Part shown: positions 1 through 7,908 of the stretch, piece after piece
How the letters are laid out: every line of letters begins with the position of its first letter
How positions within the stretch are numbered: the first letter of the stretch is position 1
From: an uncultured delta proteobacterium
GTDB lineage: Bacteria; Myxococcota_A; Polyangia; Polyangiales; Polyangiaceae
Reading direction: 5' to 3'
Length of the DNA: 64,000 bases
Assembly (NCBI GenBank): GCA_963850305.1
Contig: CAWKKR010000007.1
Location: 672,001 to 736,000 of the forward strand
Translations under genes and position numbers: made by a program
The notes under the pieces: generated by a model
Seen by the model: only the letters and a program-made list of their open reading frames with translations
Databases searched by the model: none
What the model was told of the DNA's origin: nothing

Positions 1-2
1 TG

Positions 3-962
3 CCGGGCCCGACGGACAACTGCGGTGCAACTCAATATTGCGATCCGGTGCTGCTCACGTGCCAGGAGGGCTGCAAGAGCGGGGACTCATGCGCGAGCGG
101 CAGCTGCAACGCGGCGCACGATTGCGATGAGTGCGTCGCCGACGACGAGTGCGCCGCCGGTCGGCTCTGCGCGACGGGCCAATGTGCGGCGGCGTGTGAA
201 TCCGCGATCGATTGCCCGAGTGACTTCACGTGCTGCGATTCTCGCTGCGCAGCTCTGTCCCGCGATCCGGCAAACTGCGGCGGATGTGGCGTCGCGTGCT
301 CGACGGCGCAATATTGTGGCGGGAGTGGGTGCGCGGCGAATGACGTTGCCGACATTTGCGACGTGTCGCGGATCACGGTCCTGCTCGATACGCTCACGGT
401 GGACGACACCGTCGGCCCTCAGGTGGCCGCGGCCATGAATCGGCTCTGTCCGTCCGCACCGAGCACCGAGTCCGTGGACCAGGGCGGTTCCCCCGTGATC
501 AATCCCACGACCGGTCGACCCGTGGGCGGTCCCGGCGATCTTATCGTCGCGCTCGGCGGCCCGTTCGGGCAGCGCGTCGTCGAGTATCTCGAGTCATCCG
601 GGATCTCGAAGGTTCGCTACACGTTCGACGAGAACACGGCCGGCTTTCGCGGCACCGCGGGAGACGGCGCGGCAGACTCCCTGATCGTCGACGCCGACGT
701 GTCCACCCTCACGGCGAGCCACGACTTTTTCCTCATCGAACCCGTCGTGGATCCCGTGTCCGGGACGCGTGTGTTCGAGCTTTACGGTTTGACCTATGCC
801 GGGACGGCTGCGGCCGCCTGGTTTTTCACCAATCAGATGCTCCCCCAGGCGGACCTTCCGAGCTTCGACCAGACCTACTACGTCTACGAATGGACGGACA
901 CGGACGCGAACCTGGCGCCCGACGCGAGTGACACATTTCGGCTGGTCGCCTCCGGCACCTGA
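3..962 (+). CDS. Cys-rich repeat protein (MXAN_6577/Stig1-like repeat) with C-terminal alpha/beta domain; 5'-partial
   Basis: Frame is open from base 3 (PGPTDNCGATQYCDPVLLTC...). It has a DPANCGGCGVAC repeat and then a Cys-poor domain with LIVALGGPFGQ and YGLTYAGTAAAAWFF. Confidence 0.75.
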   Translation, partial: PGPTDNCGATQYCDPVLLTCQEGCKSGDSCASGSCNAAHDCDECVADDECAAGRLCATGQCAAACESAIDCPSDFTCCDSRCAALSRDPANCGGCGVACSTAQYCGGSGCAANDVADICDVSRITVLLDTLTVDDTVGPQVAAAMNRLCPSAPSTESVDQGGSPVINPTTGRPVGGPGDLIVALGGPFGQRVVEYLESSGISKVRYTFDENTAGFRGTAGDGAADSLIVDADVSTLTASHDFFLIEPVVDPVSGTRVFELYGLTYAGTAAAAWFFTNQMLPQADLPSFDQTYYVYEWTDTDANLAPDASDTFRLVASGT

Positions 963-964
963 CG

Positions 965-1582
965 TCACGCGCGGAAGCTGATGCGGTAATCCGCGGAGGC
1001 CTCGGCGATGGTCTGAAGCTCGACACGCGTTTCGAGCCCCCGGGCTCCGGCGACGGCAGCGGCGAAGCCGTGCTCGAGACCTTCGAGGAAGAGGCGCGAG
1101 AACAGCCCGCTCGGAAATGTCAGCCGAGCCGTCGTATGGACGCGGCCATTCGATTCCTCGACCTTGCCCGTGGTCAGTGTGGACCCACGATGAAGCGCAT
1201 GCCATCGCTTCGACGCGCCCAGAATGACGAGCGTCGGCGACAGGAGGCGCATGAGGGTGCGGAGGAGAGGCTTGTCGAAGAGTTCCTTGTTCATGGAAAA
1301 CGTCCACTGATGAAACGCCGCGTCCGTCGTGAAAGCGAGATCTCGAACGGCGAGGTGGGCCAGCTGAAAGTCCACTTCGGGAACCCAGCCATCGAGCGTC
1401 TTTCCGGACAGGAGCTTCGCGGCGGATTCCGGAACGCCAGGGTCGCGGGCCAGCCGCGCGAACTCCTGCGAGTACCGATCGAGGACCTCGCGGCGCACCT
1501 CGCAGCTTCGGAAGCTCTCGGGTCGGCCTGGCAAGGCGTCGAGGTACGCGGTGACGTGGGGCAAACGGGTGGCCACGGTCAT
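965..1582 (-). CDS. Hypothetical myxobacterial protein (DUF2378/TIGR02265-like)
   Basis: 205-aa ORF of normal composition. The GWVPE...LLRTLMRLLSP...RWHALHRGSTL pattern resembles this myxobacterial family. Confidence 0.55.
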   Translation of the reverse strand: MTVATRLPHVTAYLDALPGRPESFRSCEVRREVLDRYSQEFARLARDPGVPESAAKLLSGKTLDGWVPEVDFQLAHLAVRDLAFTTDAAFHQWTFSMNKELFDKPLLRTLMRLLSPTLVILGASKRWHALHRGSTLTTGKVEESNGRVHTTARLTFPSGLFSRLFLEGLEHGFAAAVAGARGLETRVELQTIAEASADYRISFRA

Positions 1583-1688
1583 CGCACGTTACGATCGCCG
1601 AGATGGCGCCCGGGCGGCAAGCCGATGTTTTGGCGGTGTCCTCGCTGGCCTTGACTGACGATGTTTCCGTCGTAGCAAGGCGTACCCC

Positions 1689-2381
1689 ATGAAATGGCGA
1701 AGCCGAGTACGCATGGTTCGACCGTCACTGCTCCTCGCGCTCACCGGCGCGGTGGTCTTTGCTGGAATCGCGAACGGCAGTGCAGGCGCATCGCCTCGTG
1801 AAATCACGGTGGATCCTGCCGGCTTTCGCGTCATTGCTCGCCAGTCCGGCAAGGTGAACTACTACACGCTCGTCGAGGGTGCCGACCCACACATTCATGC
1901 GGCGTATCGCCCGCCGACGGCGACGGCGGTTCTCGGTTACGAGATCCCGGATGCGCTACGGCATCGCGTTGCGCAGGTACGCTGGAAGTGGCGAGCCGAC
2001 ACGCTGCCGCGCGGTGGCGATGAGTGTCGAGACGGCAAAGGGGATTCCGCGGCGGTCGTCTACCTCACCTGGCGGCGCGGCCTGAAGTGGTATTCGGTGA
2101 AGTACGTGTGGAGCGCGGTCGGCCCCAGGGGCAAGACTTGCGACGTGAAGCGGAACCTCTTTCGTGCGCAGGACACGGTCGTGGTCGACAGCGGCCCGCC
2201 TCTCGACGAATGGCACACCGTTCGGGTCGACCCAGACACGGAGTTCCGGAATCACTTCGAGGGGGGTGATGCGCGCGCAGAAGTCCCCGATCTCATCGGC
2301 ATCGGAATCATGACGGATGGCGATCAGACGAACAGCGAGAGCGCCGCGGACTTCGGGGGCTTCTCGCTCATGACGCGGTGA
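1689..2381 (+). CDS. DUF3047 domain secreted protein
   Basis: Signal peptide; WKWRA...GDSAAVVYL, KYVWS, VVVDSG and GIGIMTDGDQT motifs typical of DUF3047. Confidence 0.75.
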   Translation: MKWRSRVRMVRPSLLLALTGAVVFAGIANGSAGASPREITVDPAGFRVIARQSGKVNYYTLVEGADPHIHAAYRPPTATAVLGYEIPDALRHRVAQVRWKWRADTLPRGGDECRDGKGDSAAVVYLTWRRGLKWYSVKYVWSAVGPRGKTCDVKRNLFRAQDTVVVDSGPPLDEWHTVRVDPDTEFRNHFEGGDARAEVPDLIGIGIMTDGDQTNSESAADFGGFSLMTR

Positions 2382-2399
2382 GAGGTTCCCGTGCGCACT

Positions 2400-3284
2400 T
2401 CAGCGCAGCGTGACGTGTAGGCCCACGGTCTCCAGGCTGCCGTCGAACGGAGGCACCTGGACACCGCGGAAAAGCCTCGCGACGCACTCACCTCCGAGCG
2501 TCCCCTGTAGCGCGCTCTCCTCGACGACGGCATGCGTCGCGCGTCCGGAGGGCGCGAAGGTGACCGTCACGCGAAGTCTGCCGGTTGCAGCATCGCCGCA
2601 TCGAGAGGACGCTGTCGCCGCCATGGCCTCGAGTGCGGCACGTGCGGCGTGGGGATCGAACGTGCTCGCCGTCGGCGCAGGCTCGACTTCGGCCTTTGTC
2701 GCCGGAGCGGGCTCGACTTCGGCCTTTGTCGCCGTCGTCGTCGGCAGAGCTCGGGGGGCCTTCGGGGCCGGCGCGGGCTCTTCAGCGACGCGTGGAGGCT
2801 CCGCCGCAATCATCACCTGAGGCAATTGGATGCTGCTCCCAGGCAGTGGTGCCGAGTCCTCGAGCGACGGCGACGGATGGGCGAGTGTTCCGCTCACCGG
2901 CCCATGGAATGCGATCGGAGGGATGCTTGCTGGGTGCGCGACGGAGGTAGGTACGTGCTTCGAAGAGCCACGAGCGATGAAGAATGGCAGCGCTGTCAGG
3001 AGAGCCACCATGACGAAGAACGCGACCATCGGCGCGCTCACCTTCGACCCGTCCCTGCGAGCGGCTTCACCAGCGTCGACCGCCGTTGGAGGCATCATTA
3101 CAGGATGGTCGGGCGTCCCGATGCGAGCGACCGACAGGGCGAGGGCTCGCAGGTCCGCCTTCGAGTCAGGCGGACCAAACGGTGCCGCGTCGGGAAGGGG
3201 AGGGATGTTCCGTGCGAGGCCGGGCGGCGGCGGTCGGCGGGGTCGGATGGTGAGATGCAGAGGTTCGAGGGGGCCGTGCGACAT
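2400..3284 (-). CDS. Single-TM Pro-rich protein with TonB-C/AgmX-PglI-like C-terminal domain
   Basis: TM segment VAFFVMVALLTALPFFI, Pro/Ala linker, and C-terminal RVTVTFAPSGRA...GECVARLFRGVQVPPFDG. Confidence 0.65.
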   Translation of the reverse strand: MSHGPLEPLHLTIRPRRPPPPGLARNIPPLPDAAPFGPPDSKADLRALALSVARIGTPDHPVMMPPTAVDAGEAARRDGSKVSAPMVAFFVMVALLTALPFFIARGSSKHVPTSVAHPASIPPIAFHGPVSGTLAHPSPSLEDSAPLPGSSIQLPQVMIAAEPPRVAEEPAPAPKAPRALPTTTATKAEVEPAPATKAEVEPAPTASTFDPHAARAALEAMAATASSRCGDAATGRLRVTVTFAPSGRATHAVVEESALQGTLGGECVARLFRGVQVPPFDGSLETVGLHVTLR

Positions 3285-3502
3285 GACCCTCGGCTGCTCT
3301 GCATCGCGCGCGCCAGCGTGTAGCTAGGGCGTTTCGCCGCTTCCGGTCGGGGGCGTCGTAGCGTCGGTCACGTAGTCGACGGCGATCTCGTCGGCGTAGC
3401 GTCGGTCACGGGCGAGAGGCAGAGGGTGAAATTCCTCCTTTCGTGCGAGGTTCGTCACTTGTGTTAAACCAGGGGGTCGGATTTCGATCGAAAGGAGCGA
3501 GG

Positions 3503-4363
3503 ATGCGCGCGGCAATCATCTGCGGGATCTGTGCAGGCACCGTTTGGCTCGTTGCGTGCGGCAGTAGCGGTTCGAGCTCACTCGGCGGTTCGGGCTCGGG
3601 GGGCGCGGATTCCGGAACGGGACAGCTCGGCGCGGGCGGCTCGTCGGGCGGCGGCTCTTCGAATGGTGGGGAAATTGGCGCCGGGGGTTCCGCTGGACTG
3701 GGCACAGGTGGCTCGAGCGGCGGGACGGGACTTCAAGACGGTTCGGTCCCGGACGCGAGTGCGTCTGCGGATGCCGGCGGTCCAGACTCGGGCAGCGTTG
3801 GCGGAGCAGATGGTGGCGGCCAAGATGCCAGTGGCAGCACGAACAGCGGCGGCACCGGGAGTGGCAGTGGCGGCAGCGGCAGCGGCAGCGGCGGCATTAC
3901 CGGAAGTGGCGGCACCGGGAGTGGCAACGGCGGCACCGGCGGCGGCAGCGGCGGCACCGGGAGTGGCAGTGGCGGCATTACCGGAAGTGGCGGCACCGGG
4001 AGTGGCAGTGGCGGCATTACCGGCAGCGGCGGCACGACCGGCAGCGGCGGCACCGTCGCTGACGCGGGATCGGCGTGCAATGTTCTCGCGGACTGCTGCA
4101 AGAGCGTCGCCCCCGTGGAGGCCACGGGCTGCAACGAGATCGTTTCGCTCCACTTCGAGACGGCATGCCAGCAGGCGGCGCGTACGTATTGCGCGAATTC
4201 GGATGCGGGCAGTTCCGTGGAAGTCGATGGCGGAGGCGGTTGCAGTGCGCTGACGACATGCTGTAACCGGCTCGCCGGGGACCAGAAAGTCCTCTGCAAC
4301 GCCGTGACGAACGCGGGACAGAACTCCACGTGCGACGAGATCTCGGCGCTCTTGTGTAGATAG
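3503..4363 (+). CDS. Gly/Ser-rich lipoprotein with two short C-terminal Cys motifs
   Basis: RBS AAAGGAG before ATG 3503; lipobox WLVAC; GSGG repeats; two CxxLxxCC...C...C units at the C terminus. Confidence 0.7.
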   Translation: MRAAIICGICAGTVWLVACGSSGSSSLGGSGSGGADSGTGQLGAGGSSGGGSSNGGEIGAGGSAGLGTGGSSGGTGLQDGSVPDASASADAGGPDSGSVGGADGGGQDASGSTNSGGTGSGSGGSGSGSGGITGSGGTGSGNGGTGGGSGGTGSGSGGITGSGGTGSGSGGITGSGGTTGSGGTVADAGSACNVLADCCKSVAPVEATGCNEIVSLHFETACQQAARTYCANSDAGSSVEVDGGGGCSALTTCCNRLAGDQKVLCNAVTNAGQNSTCDEISALLCR

Positions 4364-4512
4364 CAACCGGCCCATCGGGGTACTCTGGGTCGGCGAGTCG
4401 CATTCTTCCGGGATTTCTCCGTCCTGGAGGTCGCTTGACACAGCTCGATGCCTTCGGTACGTGCGGGAGCGCGGATGGCCTTATCGCCGTCCCGCTTCCA
4501 CGGAGGACACTG

Positions 4513-5025
4513 ATGCGAAAGACGATTTACACACTGGCATCGGCGGCGCTGTTGCTGTCGGGAACCGCGTTCGGGGACAACGTCGGTCACGCCACGGGTA
4601 TGAGGAGTGCGTCGGGCTACGGTCCCGCCGGATGCGGTCTTGGTTCGATGATCTTCGCGCCGGATTCAGGGCTAACCCAGATATTTGCCGCGACGACCAA
4701 TGGCACGTCGGGGACGCAGACATTCGGCATCTCGAGCGGAACGAGCAACTGCGGGGACACTCACGGTGGGTCGGCCAGCACCAAGTCCTTCGTGCAGACG
4801 AACCGCGTCGCTCTGTCGAAAGATATCGCCCGCGGCCAGGGTGAGACCCTGATGAGTCTCGCCGAGCTGGCCGGGTGCAGCGATTTGGGCGCGGTCGGTC
4901 ACGTTCTGCAGAAGAACTTCAAGCAGATCTTTCCGACGGCGTCCGCGACCGACGGGCAGGTGAGCGACGCCGTGATTCAGGTCCTCAAGAGCAATCGGTC
5001 GCTCGCTTGCGGAAACCTCGTCTGA
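4513..5025 (+). CDS. DUF3015 family secreted protein
   Basis: RBS GGAGG; signal peptide; GPAGCGLGS...AATTNGT...TFGISSGTSNC and DIARGQGETL motifs. Confidence 0.8.
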   Translation: MRKTIYTLASAALLLSGTAFGDNVGHATGMRSASGYGPAGCGLGSMIFAPDSGLTQIFAATTNGTSGTQTFGISSGTSNCGDTHGGSASTKSFVQTNRVALSKDIARGQGETLMSLAELAGCSDLGAVGHVLQKNFKQIFPTASATDGQVSDAVIQVLKSNRSLACGNLV

Positions 5026-5051
5026 CGCTCCGCAGGCCGATGAAGTGAAGT

Positions 5052-5088
5052 ACGATGGGGGTGACGCGGTCGCCCCCATCGTCATTTT
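5052..5088 (+). terminator. Intrinsic terminator-like hairpin between the DUF3015 and DUF4105 genes
   Basis: ACGATGGGGGTGAC-GCG-GTCGCCCCCATCGT (14-bp stem with one G-U pair) followed by CATTTT. Confidence 0.6.
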
Positions 5089-5100
5089 GTGAACGGACGA

Positions 5101-7062
5101 ATGGCGGAGATATCGAGCCCCCGTCGGCGAGCGATCGTTCTTTTCCTGGTGTCCTTGGCTTCGCTGGCTTTTGCGCAGGCGGGTGTGGCCGCCTCGGGCG
5201 ATCCATATGTCGAATCGCTCGTCGTCTCGGCGCGCGCGCGCCGGCTCTTCATGGAGGAGGAGTGGCTCCGTCTTGGCCACTACCGACGTGGAATGTTCGG
5301 CGGTTACACGAGCGAAGCGGACGGGATGCCATTCTTCCTCGCCGCGGACGGCAAGACGGATCCCGAAGCCGAGCTTCTGACCACCTTGCGCGCGTTCTTC
5401 GCCGAACCGTCGCCGGATCTCGACGTGCAGCACGCCATCTGCAAGTTTCCTGCCCGCTTCATGTGGCTGAACCAGGAGCTTCACTTCGACCGAACGCACT
5501 TGCCTCGTGTCGACTGCCGCGCGTTCCGCGAGTTCGTGACGGCACTCGATCCCGAGTCGGTGACGCTCGTGTTTTCCTCGTATTTCCTGAACAACCCCGC
5601 GTCGTCCTTCGGTCACACGTTCCTGCGTGTCAACAAGCGTGGGCGTTATGGAGCCGGGCACAACGATCTCCTCGACTACGGCGTCGACTACTCGGCCAAC
5701 GTGGATACGTCGAATCCGGTCTTGTACGCGCTGAAGGGGCTGTTCGGGTTGTTCCCAGGCACGTTCCATCGGATGCCGTATTACCTCAAGGTCCGTGAAT
5801 ACAACGATTACGACTCGCGAGATCTCTGGGAGTACGATCTTGCGCTTCGGCCCGCCGAGGTGGCGATGTTCGTCGCGCATCTCTGGGAGCTCGGGTCGAC
5901 GTACTTTGCCTACTATTACCTGTCCGAGAATTGCTCGTATCACGTGCTCGGTGCGCTCGAAGCGGCAAGCCCCCGCTTGAATCTCCTGAAGCCCCTTGGC
6001 TGGCCGGTGATCCCTGCGGAGACCGTCAAGGTATTGTTCAGAACTCCGGGACTGGTCCGGAGTATCCATTACCGTCCGTCAGGGCAGACGAAGTTTCGCG
6101 CCCGACTTCGGGAACTCTCGGCGCAAGAGACGCTTGCGCTCGGCGATTTGTTCTCCGACGCGAACGCCAAACTCGACGCGAGTTTCACGCAAGAGCAACG
6201 AGTGCGGGTGCTGGACGCAGCGCTCGATCTCGCCGACACGTCGTTTGCCGATCAACTGCTGAAGGGGGACAAGGAACGCGACCGCGATGTGGCCACGTAC
6301 AAGCAGACGCTGCTCGAGCGTCGCGCTGACGAAGACGTAACGAGTGAAGACTTCACGATCGCTCCACCCGTCAGAAGCATGCCGCACATGGCCCACGGTT
6401 CGCGGAGAGTCGGTCTGGGCCCGGGATACTCCACGCGCGAGGGGTACTATCAAGCGTTCAAGCTGCGCCTGGCACTCCACGACATCGCTGACCCGGCCGA
6501 GGGATACCCCGACACGGCTGAGATCCAGTTTCTGCCGGTCACGCTTCGTTACTACGAGAGGGACCCCAGGCTCACCGTCGAGGACGCCTCGCTGATCCGG
6601 CTTCTGTCGCTGAGTCCCTGGGACGAGTTTTCGAAGAAGCTATCCTGGTCGGTCAACGTCGGGGCATCGCGGATCCGCGACGCGGGGTGCGGCAGCTGCC
6701 TTGCGGGCCAGCTGGACGTCGGAGGAGGCGTCACGGTGTCGGCCTTCAATCATGGCGCGATGCTCTATCTGCTCGGCAACGCCCAGATCGACGGGTTGTC
6801 ACCGATTCATGACGGTCTCGGGCATCTGCCCCTGCGCGTCGGCCTTGGCCCTTCGTCGGGGCTGAGGCTCCGCTTCACGGATGACCTGATCGCCGTCGCC
6901 CGAGCGGAGTGGCTGTACCTCCCCCTGCAGGAACCGAAGTACACGTGGCTCGGGCAAGCCGCGATCCGCTGGCAGTACGTGAAGAACTTCGCGTTGAGCG
7001 TCGAGGGCGGCTATCAACCCGGTGCCAAGAGCGTGCAGGCGCTCTCGTACATTTATTTCTGA
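5101..7062 (+). CDS. DUF4105 (Lnb N-terminal-like) domain protein with probable C-terminal outer-membrane beta-barrel
   Basis: Signal peptide; CKFPAR, SSFGHTFLR, EYNDYDSRDLWEY and YYYLSENCSY motifs; amphipathic strands ending in YIYF. An alternative GTG start lies at 5089. Confidence 0.8.
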   Translation: MAEISSPRRRAIVLFLVSLASLAFAQAGVAASGDPYVESLVVSARARRLFMEEEWLRLGHYRRGMFGGYTSEADGMPFFLAADGKTDPEAELLTTLRAFFAEPSPDLDVQHAICKFPARFMWLNQELHFDRTHLPRVDCRAFREFVTALDPESVTLVFSSYFLNNPASSFGHTFLRVNKRGRYGAGHNDLLDYGVDYSANVDTSNPVLYALKGLFGLFPGTFHRMPYYLKVREYNDYDSRDLWEYDLALRPAEVAMFVAHLWELGSTYFAYYYLSENCSYHVLGALEAASPRLNLLKPLGWPVIPAETVKVLFRTPGLVRSIHYRPSGQTKFRARLRELSAQETLALGDLFSDANAKLDASFTQEQRVRVLDAALDLADTSFADQLLKGDKERDRDVATYKQTLLERRADEDVTSEDFTIAPPVRSMPHMAHGSRRVGLGPGYSTREGYYQAFKLRLALHDIADPAEGYPDTAEIQFLPVTLRYYERDPRLTVEDASLIRLLSLSPWDEFSKKLSWSVNVGASRIRDAGCGSCLAGQLDVGGGVTVSAFNHGAMLYLLGNAQIDGLSPIHDGLGHLPLRVGLGPSSGLRLRFTDDLIAVARAEWLYLPLQEPKYTWLGQAAIRWQYVKNFALSVEGGYQPGAKSVQALSYIYF

Positions 7063-7071
7063 GGCGATGGC

Positions 7072-7908
7072 GTGCGCTCGCTCGCTTTACTGATCTTGCT
7101 CCTTCCGGGCTGCACCGGACTGTTCTATTACCCGTCGCGAGAGGTCTACTCGTTGCGGCCATCGAACGCCGACGACGTGGCCTTCCGCGCGTCCGACGGC
7201 GTGCTGCTGCACGGCTGGGTGCTCCATGCCGAAGGCGGCGATCCCAGGGCCACGGTCGTTCATTTCCACGGCAACGCCGGCAACCTGACTGGCCATGTTC
7301 GCCAGCTCGCCTGGATCACCCGTCATGGCTACGATCTGTTCGAATTCGACTATCGTGGGTACGGCACCTCGGAAGGCGCACCGAATCCCGAGGGGGTGAA
7401 TCGCGACGCGGTCGCCGCCATCGAATACGCGAACCGGGAACTGGCGCCGAGAAGTCACATGCGGCTCGTGGCATATGGGCAGAGCCTCGGCGGCGCCGTG
7501 ATGCTGCGCGCGCTCGGCGATACGGGAACGCGGAATCTGATCGCCGTCATCGTAGAGTCGAGCTTCAACTCGTACCAGGAGGAGGCGGCGAGTCTTCTTT
7601 ATCGCACTCCGATCTTATTTCCCTTTTTCGGGCTCGCGTACACGCTCGTATCCGACCGATATGCTCCGGCTCCCTGCGTTGCTGCGATTTCTCCCGTGCC
7701 GCTCCTCATCATCCACGGAGACGAAGATCCGATCGTGGACGTTCGTTTTGGCCGTGTGCTCTACGAGCTAGCCCGGGATCCCAAGGAACTCTGGATCGTC
7801 CCGGGCGGGGGACACATCGATGCGCTGACGGTGGACGGCGGTGCGTACCGGCAACGCTTGCTCGCGTATCTCGACCGGGTCAGCCCCCTGTGCCGCACGT
7901 GCCGTTGA
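7072..7908 (+). CDS. Alpha/beta hydrolase lipoprotein (YfhR/ABHD-like)
   Basis: Lipobox LLPGC; HFHGNAGN, DYRGYG, GQSLGG nucleophile elbow, IIHGDED and GGGH. Confidence 0.85.
   Translation: MRSLALLILLLPGCTGLFYYPSREVYSLRPSNADDVAFRASDGVLLHGWVLHAEGGDPRATVVHFHGNAGNLTGHVRQLAWITRHGYDLFEFDYRGYGTSEGAPNPEGVNRDAVAAIEYANRELAPRSHMRLVAYGQSLGGAVMLRALGDTGTRNLIAVIVESSFNSYQEEAASLLYRTPILFPFFGLAYTLVSDRYAPAPCVAAISPVPLLIIHGDEDPIVDVRFGRVLYELARDPKELWIVPGGGHIDALTVDGGAYRQRLLAYLDRVSPLCRTCR

Noticed and set aside
4435..4463. TTGACA upstream of the DUF3015 gene as a sigma-70 promoter
   Set aside because: Perfect -35 but only a weak -10 (TACGTG) at 17-bp spacing.
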